DNA from: Pseudovirgaria hyperparasitica
Taxonomy: Eukaryota
Strand: one strand, 5' to 3'
NCBI GenBank assembly: GCA_010093815.1
Contig: ML996572.1
DNA length: 64,000 nucleotides
The translations under genes were made by a program, and so were the position numbers. The notes under the pieces were generated by a model. That model was not told the origin of the DNA and made no database searches. It saw nothing but the letters and a program-made list of their open reading frames with translations. Shown one piece after another: positions 1 to 13,812 of this stretch (positions within the stretch are counted from its first letter, which is position 1; each line of letters begins with the position of its first letter).

Positions 1-464
1 CGCCAGTTCTATTCAGATTGGTGGAACAGCTGCGACTGGCTGGAGTTTTCGCGCGAGTGGAATATCCCGGTACATCATTTCTTTCGGAGGCACGTATACG
101 TAGCGTCTCGAATCTATGTGTCCAAATCAGCTGCGACAGGAATCACGTTCCTCGTCAGTGCTTTGGCCCACGAGCTGGTAATGGGCTGCATTACGAAGAA
201 ACTCAGGGGGTATGGCTTCACTATGATGATGTTGCAGATGCCAATCGTTATGATACAGCGATCAAGGCTTCTTAGGGGCCGGACTTTGCTGAATGTAAGA
301 GCGCTACTGTCCCGGTCATGCAACCACTGACGAATCCTTCACAGAATGTTCTCTTTTGGTGTAGCATGATTCTTGGGTTGTCAATGGTATGATTTACTTG
401 AAATTACTGAAGTACAAGTTCTAACAGTGAGTTGCAGATTTGCGCACTCTATGTTCTGCTCTAG
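1..464 (+). CDS. ARE2: Sterol O-acyltransferase (MBOAT family), 3' part only; gene starts before the window
   Basis: Frame 1 reads RQFYSDWWNS (FYxDWWN motif)...EWNIPVHHF...SALAHELVMG (catalytic His). Introns at about 295-344 and 387-437; TAG stop at 462-464. Confidence 0.88.
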
Positions 465-818
465 ATCTCAGCAGTTGCAGCGACTATGAGGATATTCCTT
501 TTAGTAGTGATGATCTTCTGTTAAAGCGTCGAGATACCCTATTCGCGTTCCAATGTATCGTTCCGTAGAGATCTAGGCTGCATGTAATTACACGTTCCAA
601 GTATCAATGCCTAGATAGTTCTAGCCATATAGTTTGTCATTATTCACGTGTGAGGCAGGACTTGACAAAATGATGCGGAAATCGCTTGCAATTCCCATGT
701 ATTTTATATTCGACATACACAGGATAGACTCCTTGGAATCACGCTATAGTAGCATTCCATTCCATGAAAAGTATCAAGACCCGTTTTCACCCAAACGCGA
801 CCCTTTATGAGAACCCAT

Positions 819-1726
819 TTATTCTGCGGTGTAACCCTCTGCCGGCGCCTCGCCACCCTGCTCTTGCTGTTCAGCCAACCGTGCTTGCTCAGCAGCTTGC
901 TGTGCAGCAACAGCCTTAGCACCATAGTCTTGGGACATTGGTTGCACAACTGGTTGTTCTTCCTTTGGCTCAATGATGGTAACGGAGTCAGGGAGTGATT
1001 TTTGGGGACCAGCTTTGCCCTCAGGGTCAGAACCGCGCATAATCTTGACCTTGATACCTAATACACCCTGACGGAGTAATACGTGACGGGTGGCATGGTC
1101 GATGAAGTCTTTTGCAGGTTGGCCGGAATGGATCATGAAACCATCAGTGAACTTCATGCTCTTAGCGCGGGCAGCTCTCAGCTTGCCGCTCACGACGACT
1201 TCGCAACCCTTAGCACCGCTCTCCATGATGAATCTCAGGACACCGTAACAGGCTCGGCGAACGGCCAGACCGTTGAGCAGCTTGTATCGGAGGGACTCGC
1301 ACTGGGCGACGGCGGACAGACCACGGTTGGATACCTTGGCGGCATATAGAGAAACGGAATTTTCGGGGAATTTGAAGCGCTTCTGGATGAGTGAGGTAAG
1401 TTCACGGATTCGTCGTCCCTGCTCTCCGAGAACTTCTTGTGTGTGGGTTGCGCGAATGATGATATCGGTGACGGTGGGCGTGACGCGGACTTCGACACCA
1501 GAGTAACCTTCCTCGGCCAGCTCGCGTTGAAAGAATTCATTCAGTTCGGCGTAGAAAACACCGTCTATACATAGGTCAGTACTGTGCCCTAGCAATTGGT
1601 GTGCTCGCTATCCCGCTCCAATAGCAAACATATTTGTTAAGTCTGCGAGGAGTAAAGCCACATACCGGCGACGAACTTTCTACGCTTAGAGATAGCGGCA
1701 CCAGGGGCGGCAGCAGCAGAGGCCAT
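819..1726 (-). CDS. RPS3: 40S ribosomal protein S3 (uS3)
   Basis: [50 protein letters not shown]...[23 protein letters not shown]. One intron, 1565-1665 (GTATGT...TAG). Confidence 0.98.
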
Positions 1727-2162
1727 ATTTGCTGTATAGAAACAGAGTCGGTTGGTGTTCCGGTCGAGTTGGCGGGTTGTCGAGATATGTAGTCGTCGTC
1801 GTCGTCGCTCGGCTTAAAAGAATTCGGTTGGAGTGCTTAGCACATCGTTGTTGTGCGGCTCGCTTACGAGCATCTAGTCTTTGCCTGAACAGTCTTAGCG
1901 CGCTATTGCGGGGCAATCTCACGGTTGCGCGCCAGGCTCGGGGGTGCCTTTCCAACATGTCGCTAATCCCTGCTTATGTGCTTCCAGCTATCACCGTGAT
2001 CTAGGTAATTAACAACTTTGTTACTGATGCACGAGACCAGCCCGGCTCCATGTAACACACAGAAAGGAACATACCACACCACGTCATCGTCTCTGTGAGC
2101 TTTGGTCTTCCATCACACGCTGCTCTCGCAACACAGAACCGCGTTGACTGACGTAGCAGTCC

Positions 2163-4554
2163 ATGGACAAGATTCGTGTCTCGAAGGTGAACCGTCAAAG
2201 GCGTGTTACCCAGCCTAGCTAATCGTATATCGCTAGGTGGAAGATGTCACACTATGGAGACAGGGTATTCGCGTCGAAGGGACACTACACTTGACAGCCC
2301 ATCATCTCATATTCAGCTATCACTTACCAATATCGCCCGACCAACCCAACGCCCCTCCCAAAAAGCTTGAGAGAGAGTTATGGGTTACTTTCCCCATGAT
2401 AAATGGCTGCACGTACAGACCTGCACCGCTAGCTTCACACCAGTCACCAGCAATACGAATACGCTGTCGAGACTTTACCTTTCTTGCGTTCCATTTTGTT
2501 GTAGAAAGTAAAGCACGAGATGTGTACGACAGTATTCGATCTTTATCATGCAAAGTCGGACGGATAGAAAAGCTTTATGCCTTCAGCTACAAACCGCAAG
2601 CTCCGGAGAACAAAGTCAATGGGTGGGAGTTGTACGATGCAGAGAAAGAGTACCGTCGCCTGGGCATTGGGGGAAAGAATCCAGAGTACGGATGGAGAGT
2701 ATCATATATCAACTCCAACTACAAGGTGTGAAAAAAACCATGGTCGCTAGCATAGCACGACTGACTATCTCGCAGTACTCTCCTACCTACCCGGCCGTTC
2801 TTGTAGTGCCCTCCATAATCTCAGATAACACTCTTACATACGCGGGAAAGTATCGCTCGCGTGCACGGATTCCAGCATTAGTATACAGACACCCTGTGAA
2901 CAACTGCTCCATTACCCGAAGTTCTCAACCCCTAGGTGGGTTTGCACGAAACAGGAGTGTGCAAGATGAGAAGCTAGTAGCCGCGATATTTGCAACAACT
3001 GCAGACAGCGAGAACAACAGCTCGCAAGATACCACGAGTAGTGGTCCAAGATCAACAGGAACCAGCCCAGATGCCAGTATTCAAAGTCTGGACACTGGAG
3101 AGGGGTCCAATAGCAGCATTAACGCTGAGAAATTCGAGGACCAAGTTCTTCAACAAATCGATGCACCTGAGAAGAGGCCGAAAGTATATGGCGCGCAACA
3201 GCGAAATCTCATAGTCGACGCACGTCCCACAGTCAATGCAATAGCCATGCAAGCCGTAGGAAAGGGTTCAGAAAACATGGATTTTTACAAAGATGCAACA
3301 AAGGCTTACCTAGGAATTGACAATATTCATGTCATGCGCAGATCTCTGAACAAGGTCATTTCTGCGCTCAAGGACACTGACATGACACCATTAGGTCCAA
3401 ACCGAGAAACACTAGCGAAGAGTGGCTGGCTAGATCATATCAGTAATCTACTGGATGGAGTCTCTTTGATCGCACGCCAGATTGCAATTCAGCATTCTCA
3501 TGTTTTGATACATTGTTCCGACGGATGGGATCGCACGAGTCAACTGAGCGCTCTGAGCCAACTTTGCCTGGACCCATACTATAGAACCCTAGAGGGCTTC
3601 ATTGTACTGATAGAGAAAGACTGGCTCTCCTTCGGTCACATGTTCCGCTACCGCGCTGGTCTTCTGGGAAGTGATAAATGGTTCGAGGTTGAGAATGAGC
3701 GGTTAGTGGGGAACAGGAATGGAGTCGGCAATGCTGGGGGCCCTGCGAACGCGATAGAGAACGCATTAGCAAAAGCCCAAGGGTTTTTCAATAAAAAGAA
3801 CGACTCCAGGGAACTTCTGTTTGCAGACTCAGACGGCGAAATGCAGGCATATGATTCCCCTGAGGGTCCACTAAAATCGAGAGCAGCCGCTACAAGTAGC
3901 ACTTCTGCCGAGCAAGAGACAGCCACAAAGGTCGATGAAATAAGCCCAATATTTCATCAATTCCTGGATGCGACTTATCAATTGATACGCCAGCACCCTA
4001 CCCGATTTGAGTTCAACGAACGTTTCCTTAGGCGACTACTTTACCATCTATACTCATGTCAGTACGGTTCATTTCTGTATGACAACGAAAGGGAGCGGGT
4101 TGAATCACGTGCAAAGGAGCGGACTAGAAGCGTATGGGATTATTTCCTATCGCGGAAGGAACAGTTTACCAACGCAAATTATGCATCAGCTGTGGACGAT
4201 AATCAAAGGGGCCAAGAACGTGTTCTCTTTCCTATCCCGAAAGATGTAAGATGGTGGGCCGAAGTCTTCGGGCGCAAGGATGAGGAAATGAATGGCTCTT
4301 TGTCAACGACATATTCACCAAAGTCTACCAGTGGTATAACTACGGGAACTGTTCTCTCAGCAGTCGAAAACTCATCTGGGTCCGCAGAAGTTACTCCGCA
4401 ACGCAGACAGGTCCAAGGTCACGACACAGCGATCAGTCCCGCGTGTCTCGCTACTGGGCTTTCGACTCTAAGTGTCGAACAGAGAGATATATCTCCTGGT
4501 CGATCGAGAAGTCCTCGACTATCAAATGGAGGCTTTGAGGTTGAAATGCAGTAA
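2163..4554 (+). CDS. YMR1: Myotubularin-family phosphatidylinositol-3-phosphatase
   Basis: Catalytic VLIHCSDGWDRTSQ motif, RSSQP, WLSFGH and SPIFHQFLD motifs, N-terminal PH-GRAM-like region. ATG at 2163; introns 2187-2236 and 2726-2775. Divergent from RPS3 across 436 bp. Confidence 0.95.
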
Positions 4555-5280
4555 TACGATTGTATGATGCCGCAGAGTGTAGGTTAATCCAGGGCTTGTA
4601 CGTGTACATGGTGTTGGAAATTGGTCATACAATGCTAGGTCGACATCGCTCCATCTGCTGATTTGGGAAGGCGTTGCTTGACGAGATTCTGAACTTTATC
4701 ATCCATAAATTGTTTCACGACACATGTCGTTTGAGGCATGCAATTTTGGGACTTCTGGATGGTCGTAATCAAGTGCAGTCTTTCATATACACGGACCTGA
4801 AATTATAATAAGCGGAATTCTCAATCGCCATTACCGGACCAATGATGTCGACCGAATCTAGTCATATCTGCAGATTGTTTATGCGCAGAAAATAGCTTAT
4901 CGTTCATCGCTGCCTGGGTGGATATTCCAGTTGATGTCTTGGAACACGGATTCGCGGGGCTAAGTAGACTGAGGTGATGGACCGACGTCACTGACAACCC
5001 GAGCACCTGCAGCTTGAAGTACCCACGTTCTTTCTGTGACAAAAGACGACCGTAATTGTAAAATTGTAAGCTACGCCTGATAGTCCATACTAGTTGTACT
5101 TCCCTGGTCCTGTTCAACCGGACCAGGCGTTTGAGAATACTGGCTCACACTTTAGTTTCTTTCTACATCCTGGTCCTCATTTACTTTCTTTCATACGCTG
5201 CACCCTACTCTAAACAATCTTAGACCTTTTCGCACTTGGAATATCACCTGTTCTCGCAGATATTCGTCCTATCCTACAGC

Positions 5281-6935
5281 ATGAGGAAGTTCATGGGCAA
5301 AGTGAAAGATGCTGGAAAGCCTTCTGGGCCTTCTCCCTATAGCCCTCAAAAGATTCATTCCCAAGCACCTAAGGCCTCACCTCCGATAAACCCAGACATT
5401 TTTCGCTATCGATACAACCATGGCACCAACGTAGGATCAATATACGTTCTGGAAAAGTGGCTCTACCAGTCAATGTTCCCTCAAGGCTGCGAGGATGGCA
5501 AATCATCAGAGCTCGAGGCTGTTAAAGCCAATGTTAAAGAGCTACATACTGACAAAACTCGACAAAAGCTCGAGAAGCATTGGTCTAATGCAATCATACA
5601 ACAAGAATGGGAATGGCTCTCGCGCGACGCCAAATGTTCCGCCATAAGACTCCCAATTGGGTACTTCACGTTAGGTTCAAAGTTTGCACGCGGTACTCCC
5701 TTTAGTCCATTCGAGAAAATATATCAGAACGCCTGGTCCAGCGTTCGTCGCTTCGTTGAAACCGCCAATTCCTACGGCATCGGAGTCTTGCTCGACCTTC
5801 ACGCCGCCCCGGGTGGTGCAAATAGCAGTGATCATTCGGGTACTAACTCCAATAAAGCAGAACTGTGGAACAGCGACTCAAACAGGAAGCTGACCATCGA
5901 CTGCTTGAGATTCATTGCGGAGGAAGTGAAGAACGGGCTGCCTGGTGTTATAGGCATCCAGGTGTGCAATGAAGCTGAGTACGGTGCACAAGGCATGTAC
6001 GACCTCTACGATTGGGCTTTGAGCACGTTCAGCTCCATCGACTCTAGCATTCCCATATATATCTCGGATGCCTGGAATCTTGGAGACACTATTCCTTATG
6101 CTTTGAAGCGCAACGCGAAAGATGTCATCTCGAACCCGGTATTCATTGATACACACTTCTACTGGGCGTTCAGTGACGCGGACAAGTCAAAGTCACCCCA
6201 GCAGATTATTGACGAGGTTCCTACTAAACTAGGGGAGCTTGATGGCCAAGAAGGAAGTATTCATGATCGTGGCGGGGTACAGATCATCGTCGGTGAGTAT
6301 AGCTGTGTCATGGCGGGCGAGGTCTGGAAGAAGCATGGCGAAGGCCAGAGAGACGAATTGACAAAGTCCTTTGGGCAAGCGCAGAGCCGTCGGTGGCAAC
6401 AAAAGACTGGCGGCTCGTTCTTCTGGACACTCAAGATGGTGAGATTCAGTATCAGTTCAAATGTTTCATGGCTAATCTGGTCCAACAGGACTGGGTACCG
6501 GGTGGCGAATGGGGCTTCATTGAACAAACGAAGAACGGAGCTATAAAGGCTCCTGATTGGTTCGATCTCTCCTTCACACAAGTCAAAGAAGCCTTGGCAA
6601 AGGCTACAGGTCAACGAGACTCGTTGGCACAGAAAGCTGCTGCAGAGCATGCTGCCTACTGGGATGGAAAACATCCTGATGGTACTTTTGAACATTGGCG
6701 CTTTGAACCTGGTTGGCAACAAGGTTGGGATGATGCCGAGAAATTCTTCACTGCGCGAATGAATGGACTGGTACCAAAGGGCAGCGGTGAAGGATGTGAT
6801 CGTATCGGTGCTATCGAGGCTTGGACACTAAAACGCTGTAGAGAGTCTGGAATGGTGGACAGTGGATGGATGTGGGAATGGGAGGTGGGCCTCAGGAAGG
6901 GCATCAAAGACTTTGAGCAGACTGTCGGCATCTGA
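5281..6935 (+). CDS. Glycoside hydrolase family 5 (exo-1,3-beta-glucanase-like), no signal peptide
   Basis: GTNVGSIYVLEKW, IRLPIGYF, LLDLHAAPGGAN, acid/base CNEA, DTHFYWAF, nucleophile VGEYS, FFWT. Intron 6439-6488. Confidence 0.9.
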
Positions 6936-7532
6936 GTTCAGCAAACGCCAATTGAGGCAAGAACGACCTATGAAACTGTTGAGTATTTCCATAGTGTATG
7001 TTCAGCTTGCATCATTGGGGCGCAGATAAGTACGACTCAGCCTGCGAGCACCAGCAATCGGACTAAGTAAAGTAGGTTCATTATTGTTCTGGATAATGAC
7101 ACACATAGTTAGATGTTGTGATTGCAGTGAATAACGAGGCTCTAACAAAGCGTAAGGTAAGATGCCACCTACCCCGTTTCTATTACTGCAAGCAGCATAT
7201 GGTGATCAGACTTGAACACTATTCGAGAAATATGCCACTGTGCGTGACAGTTAAGTACGACTCATTTCTTCGTTCGCCATCTGCTAGCGCTCACTCGTGC
7301 GAGGAGGCGTCGTGGCTGTCTCGCTCGTAGTTTGCATGATATATGTGGGGTTGAGGCTACAGGTGATGGATTCTGCTTATCTCGGCTCACCTAATTCAGA
7401 TCCCAGACATATTCCTCTCCGCTGTTCTTATCCGACGTCAGCATAACTGTCAAAGCACGTCCAGATTATCAACAATAACGTTACTAGACTGTCTTAGCGA
7501 GGAAACCCGGGGGGTGTCAAGATCATACATAC

Positions 7533-9477
7533 ATGATGAGAACATATGCCTATGGACCGCTCAGTAGAAAGCAAGACATTAGGATCTTAAAGCTAAATGC
7601 AGGATCGATTCATGATCCGCTCAGAGGATCTCTGGCTCCTCGCAAAGACGATGAGTCTTACGAGGTCTTGCTCTGGGCTATGGAGGAAGGAAACGAGTCC
7701 AGTCGAATCTCGCTCCACGATGAAGGTGGCGTGTCTAATTTTCTGCATATCAAGCCAGACTTGGGGGCAGCGCTGAAAAGCTTGAGACCAAGACAATCTG
7801 GTAATCCGCATCGCAAGCTCTGGATAGATGCGATTTGCGTGAACTGGAAAGATATTCAGGAGAAAAATAAGCAGGTAGCCATGATGGCTCAGATACTCAG
7901 ACAGGCTACGAGAGTATGCCTTTGGCTTGGATCCCATGATCATGATAGCCGCAAAGCAATTGAGTTTATGAGGAGTAAAATCCTAGATCTTGCCCGTATC
8001 GATTACCATTTCAGTCAGGAATCAAGCTTGGATTCCTGCATAGCATTGGCTAGTTTCCTCAACCGACCGTGTTTCGAACAGCACTGGATGGTGCAAGGAA
8101 TTGTCTTGGCTCGGAATGCTGCAATATACTGCGGCGAGGACTGTTTGAGCTGGGACCAATTTGAAGCTGCTGTCTCACTGTTTCGCGTCAAGTACGACTC
8201 ACTAGCTCGGCATCCGGCGTATAGTGCATATAACTTTGGAGATATCAGGGCTTTCAGTGCTGTTCGCCTCGTCGAGGTGACATCTACTCTTGTGGAGCGG
8301 TCCGAGTCGGGCGGTATGTTGTCTCGATCCCTAAGCATCGAAGATCTTGTTTTTATGCTCTCCGATTTCAAGGTGCGCGAGCCACATGACTTGATTTACT
8401 CCGTATTGGCCTTGGGCAGTGGTACAGGGCTTCTGGAATCACAGACTGTAAAACCTGTGGAGGGCAAGACGGGGAGCACTGATAGTCGGCGAAGTACGAC
8501 AGTCATCGCAGTCGACTACGGACAGGACTTTTTTGAAGTCTGCAAGAAGTTCATGGCCTTTACTATCTCCAGATCTGGATCTTTCGATCTAATACTCCAG
8601 CCTTGGGCACATCAGGCTGCGAGTAGGCTACCAAGGAGCAAGAATACCCTTCCATCATGGATCACAATGACCGGACCGGTGCATCAAACTCAAGCAAGCT
8701 CTAGTGCATTTGGCGGCGTGAGCAGAGTTCGCGCCAGTGCTGATCCCTTGTTGAAGTCGGGTCTGTCGCGTTCATATCGGTATAAGGCCTCGTGGCAACG
8801 TGCAAGGCCTGCAAACTGGAGGTTGGGGACCGGCGACAAGGGCTGTAGCCTATTCGTGACAGGCTTTATTCTTGATGCTGTTGGGGAGAGAGGAGAGTCA
8901 GCCGGTGTTGGGATGCCGCCACCAAGCTGGCTTGAATTGACCGAGGACGTGGAGCGATCAGACGCATTCTGGAGGACTCTCGTTGCGGATAGAACCATGG
9001 ATGGTCGCACTGCGCCGAAGTACTACTCTCGTGCATTCATGCATGCTCGACAGCCAGGTTTCATGGTGGATGAGCATGGCCCTTTCGTAGTAGACGAATT
9101 TATCCGGCGTGTACGTGCTGTCACCTGGAAACGCCGCATGATAACGCTCCGGAACGAGCACGAACAATTCGGCAAAGAAGCGGTCATTGGATTAGCACCT
9201 GAACGAACGTGGAGAACAGACAGTAAGATAGCTCACAACTCTGGCAATGCATCTGTACTTAACCCGTGTAGTCATTGCCATTATCGAAGGCTGCTCCGTA
9301 CCGGTCGTTCTCCGTCATGTTCGTGGAACCGAAACGTACAGTCTCATTGGTGAGGCGTACATTCACGGGTACATGGACGGTCAAGCTTGTAGCTTACAGG
9401 AGTATGTTCAACGTGCCGAAAGTACGAATTATGCATTGAAGGAGCAGATGAAGACACGCGAGTTTGAATTGAGTTAG
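7533..9477 (+). CDS. HET (heterokaryon incompatibility) domain protein, HET-6-like architecture, degenerate motifs
   Basis: IRILKL, LWIDAICVN...EKNKQVAMMAQI...RVCLWLG, later DLIYSVLAL, LPSW and C-terminal GCSVPVVLR...LIGEAYIHGYMDG. Intron 9223-9271. Confidence 0.88.
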
Positions 9478-10657
9478 GTCTGTCATCGTCTACACCACCC
9501 CTTTCCCACAATTTTTGTGCCACGGAACACAATAACTCACTTGAGCCTCACACTCGGCCAAGTACACGGATAACTAAATAGAGTCGTAAAAGCTTTCGCT
9601 GCTATCTGATTCTACCAGTACCGTGTTCCAGTTCGTACCCCAGGCTCAGAGATTATGTTGGAGGCGGATGTAGGTGCTCATAACCATTACCCAGTTTTTT
9701 TCTTATACTGCCCTGTGCCCAGCCGTATGTTCTCTCTGGACCTCCTTTTTCTTCTGACTAGAGTCATCCGTTAGCCCTTTGGCTTCATTACACCGCAATC
9801 CATTGAGTTGCGATCTTGCTTGAGAATTCATCTTTAACAAATCACTGAGCCATAGCATCGGCAGGTATGTATATGATCCGTCATAGACAGAAGAGACTCT
9901 TCTTGTCTGTGTACTTAACATTAGGTTAGACGAATGCTGGCCAAGTTCTCAAAATGATATCTATCCACAAATGCCTTCGTATACGGATCTGACTCCAATT
10001 CTGATCCTGGCCAAAATGCACTGTATTTGTGGAAGCGACATAAGAACCTTGCCCACCTCCCACGGAATACAATATCCGTCGTCACTGTCGTTTTTCCTCT
10101 TTCTGCCTCACGCATGTACGTCATCGAATGCCGATCAGATCGTCAGGCCCGTTTGATTGCCAAGAAGGGGGCCGGAATTCAGCCTCGTCCCACGTGCACA
10201 TGTGTACGCGTATAGCAGAAGCCTTGCTAGACCCGTCTGGGAAACGATGATCAAGCATTACAATTGGCAAAGAAAAAGCCAAGATTCCTCTTTTCTAGCT
10301 TGGAGTGGCGCGCTTTGCGAGGCGGAGTGGACGTACGGGCTGAATAGGCCGGATCATTTACTTTGGGCGGGTGTAGCCGGGGGGTTATTGTGATGACTCC
10401 GCCTGGTACCTCCGCAGTGCATACAGTGGTCGGCTTGGTACGGTGTGTGTCGTACGCGTATAAGCTGCCTAGTGTTATGACATTGTTTTGGGGAATTGGT
10501 AGCTTGGGGGGATTGCTCGTTATGGGTAGCTTGGGATGGACGCATGTATTGGTCTTGTGAAGTATAAAAGGCGGCATTCTGCACACGGGATGCCAGTGCC
10601 ATCTTACACCCAGAACGCTATTCCAATACGTTACACAGTTCCAGTCTCTAATACGGG

Positions 10658-12463
10658 ATGCTTCTTCAAACTCTCCTCCCCCTCGCTCCCCTAGGCGCAC
10701 TCGCATACTCCTCTCTCCAAACACAAACCAACCCCCTATCCAAGCGCGACGACGAGTTTAACTGGACCTCAATCCACCCAACTCCCGACCTCCAATACCA
10801 CGATTGCTACACCACATTCAAGTGCGCACGTCTACAAGTACCCCTCGACTGGTCCCTCGATGCGCCCACAAACCTAACGACCAACACCTCCTTCGCCATC
10901 GCAATCGTAACCCTCCCCGCAACCGTTCCAGCCACAGATCCAAGCTTCGGCGGCACCATCGTCACGAACCCAGGCGGGCCAGGAGGTTCAGGTACCGATT
11001 TTGGGCTGTCGTCGAGCACTCGCTTGCAGCAGATACTCGAGGGCGAGAAGCACTACGAGATCCTATCCTTTGACCCGCGTGGTGTGTATCGGACTACGCC
11101 GACACTCGATTGCTACGAGGGTGATGTTGCTACTCGGCTCGTCGAGATATTGCAGACGCGTGGGGTTGGGCGGATCGGGGAGGAGCCAGATGGTGTGCGC
11201 GATCGGTATTTGATGGCTCAGGCGGCGAGCAGGTTGTGTGAGGAGGTGACAGCGAATGTGCTACCGCATATTTCGACGGCGAGTGTGGCGCGCGATATGG
11301 TTGAGATTGTTGATCGTGTGGAGGAGTTGCGGCGGACGGAGACTAATAGGACGGCGACGGAGGTGCCGAGGTTGAATTTGCTGGGGATCAGTTATGGGTC
11401 GGCGCTGGGCATGACGTTCAGTGCCATGTTCCCGGAGCGCGTCGGGAAGGTGATGATTGATGGGATCCTGGATATTGATGACTATACTAGTGGTGTGAGT
11501 ATGCCGTTGGCAGTTTCAAGGGAACTTTACATTGACGAAGTGTAGGAATGGAGGAAGAACCTCGACGATGCCGAAGCCGTCCTAGATGACTTCTATCAAA
11601 ACTGTTTCGACGCAAATTGCACCCTACGCAATCCATCTGACAGCAACTGGACCGCAATCCGCGACCGTGTGTCGGCGTTCCTTACAGAATTCGAGCGAAA
11701 CCCGGTGCCTGCTTTCAGAAACAAACAACCCACAGTCCTCACCTCTGACGACATGCGCGACCAGATGCTCCTCGCATTGTACGGACCAAACGTCACATCC
11801 GAAGGCTTGGCGCAAACCCTCTCAGATACCATCGAGGGGAACTACACAACACTTGCCACGGCCGTGCTAATCTCAGACGATGAACTCTTAGCCTCGCCAT
11901 ATCTCTGGAGCCGAGACGTGCGTACGGCTGTAGGATTTGCCGACGCAGTGCCTGAAGCCGGGAACAAGACTCTCGAGCAACGACAAGCGGACGTCCAATT
12001 CCTCACCGAGCAAGCCCCCACGTTGGCAGGCACCTTATGGCCGGATATCACGATCGCCATGAGCGGACGTACAGTCCGTCCGCGATACTCCTTCACTGGG
12101 CCATACACAGTTCCTGTCGCGGATCCTCACAATGCTTCAACTCCGGCAGCGCCCCTATTATTCCTGTCGGCTCGTCTCGACCCCGTCACACCGTTGCGAA
12201 ATGCGCAGGCCATGGCAGAGAGATTTCCCGGATCGAGCGTGATGATTCAGGAGTCGGCGGGACATAGTGCTTTGTTCTCATCGGATAGTGAGTGCACGAA
12301 TGCCGTACTGCGAGAGTTCTTCGGGACGGGGAAAGTACCGGAGATGAACTTTAGCTGTGAGGCTGATTGTAAGCCATTTGTGGGTTGTAAGACTGCAAAT
12401 GGGACTTTTGTCGGTGAAGACCTGCAAGTGCGCAGAGAACCATTTCTACCGCGGATGATTTAG
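10658..12463 (+). CDS. Secreted alpha/beta-hydrolase (tripeptidyl-aminopeptidase/TAP-like)
   Basis: Signal peptide, CARLQVPLDW, NPGGPGGSG, FDPRGV, nucleophile GISYG, DPVTP, GHS. Intron 11495-11545. Confidence 0.92.
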
Positions 12464-13588
12464 TCTTTCTCGGAGTTTGAGATGTGTCTAACGGTGTTGA
12501 AAGAAGTTATATTGTAAGATAGAATCTCATCTCAGGTCCCTGAATATATTATACTTAGACTCAAGCGAAGCACTGCAGTCGACAGCCGACATAAGTGTTG
12601 TCGAGTTCTAAAAGTTTCTCGTAGTTAGAAATAGTCGCCAATATACGAACGTAGAACATTCTGAAGTCGTCTTGACGGAGCGTCGTATCACTAGCTCTTG
12701 AGCTTTTCGCTACCAACATCTACGTTTAAATTCAGTAACAGGATCAAGATTAAAGAAGCCCATACCGCATCAGGGAGCACTTCATTCCTCTTTAGGTCCA
12801 ATGAACATTTCTTTGGCTCACCGAAGTGCGGTGTCCGAGGAATGGTGTAATTATGGCAATTGCATTGAGCATGTCACGGTAGATCGACTCTTCAAAATGA
12901 GCGAAGTGGCCGCACTACTAACGGCCAAAGAATATCTTCTGTTGCTCTGTGTGTTCAGGAGGATAGGATGAATAGGGGACTTTTGGCACCCCATCATTCT
13001 TCTCCTTCCATTCCAGTCTATTAAGCCCGAAGCTTCGAAACGCAACGGCGGACGCAATACGTATCTCTCACGAGCCACGACTCGAGGAATTTCTAGAGGC
13101 TCAGCAACTTTGAATTAGGCAATGCCCGGATCCCGGATGTTGATGCAGCTTCAGCTGATAGAAGAAGGTGAGGATGCATCGTCACACAAGGAACCCTGGC
13201 CGTCGATCGGCAGTTAGGCTTTGGGCAAAGTCTAGACCATTTCTGGGATAGTGGCTATGGTGGATAATGTACATGAATCTTCGCTACATGCGAAAGGGAG
13301 AACATAAACAGGAATAGCTACTCATACTTAAACAAGACAACTGCTTCTACGCATTTGGTTTTCATGACCTCGTTTCGTCATGACTACTACACCCGGCGAA
13401 GAGCGCTGAACGATAAGAGAGATATCCACGGTGCAACGCCTCACACGCAGAACCTGGTCGAATCTGCGATGCATCCGACAAGCCAACAGATGACTTATTA
13501 ATATGTCAAGGCACTTGTCGACGGACAACCAGACCAATTCTGGTTAATTAATGCACTGATCAACGTGGGGTCGGACTTCTAGCTTCCT

Positions 13589-13703
13589 TCGTCGTTTGCC
13601 TAGAACCTGACTCTCTTGGCATTCGGATGTCGCGCTATGTCTCCCCCACCCAAATTTACGTGAGACGGACATATTCTGGCATTTTGTCGTGTACTCGTCG
13701 CCA
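13589..13703 (+). repeat. Left terminal inverted repeat (115 bp)
   Basis: TCGTCGTTTGCCTAGAACCTGACTCTC...GTACTCGTCGCCA is the reverse complement of 16863-16977 with one G/A difference at 13686. Confidence 0.97.
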
Positions 13704-13812
13704 ACGCGTTGCTATTGCTGATTACACGTATTCGGTACGTTATTGAGGCTATCTAGTAGTTAGTATACCTATTATATAATATATTTCTGGTGTTTTCGAC
13801 TCACAGTCGCGT

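Noticed and set aside
9703..10215. Small ORFs between the HET gene and the hydrolase
   Set aside because: Short, no motifs, no consistent splice structure; possibly a decayed gene but unsupportable.
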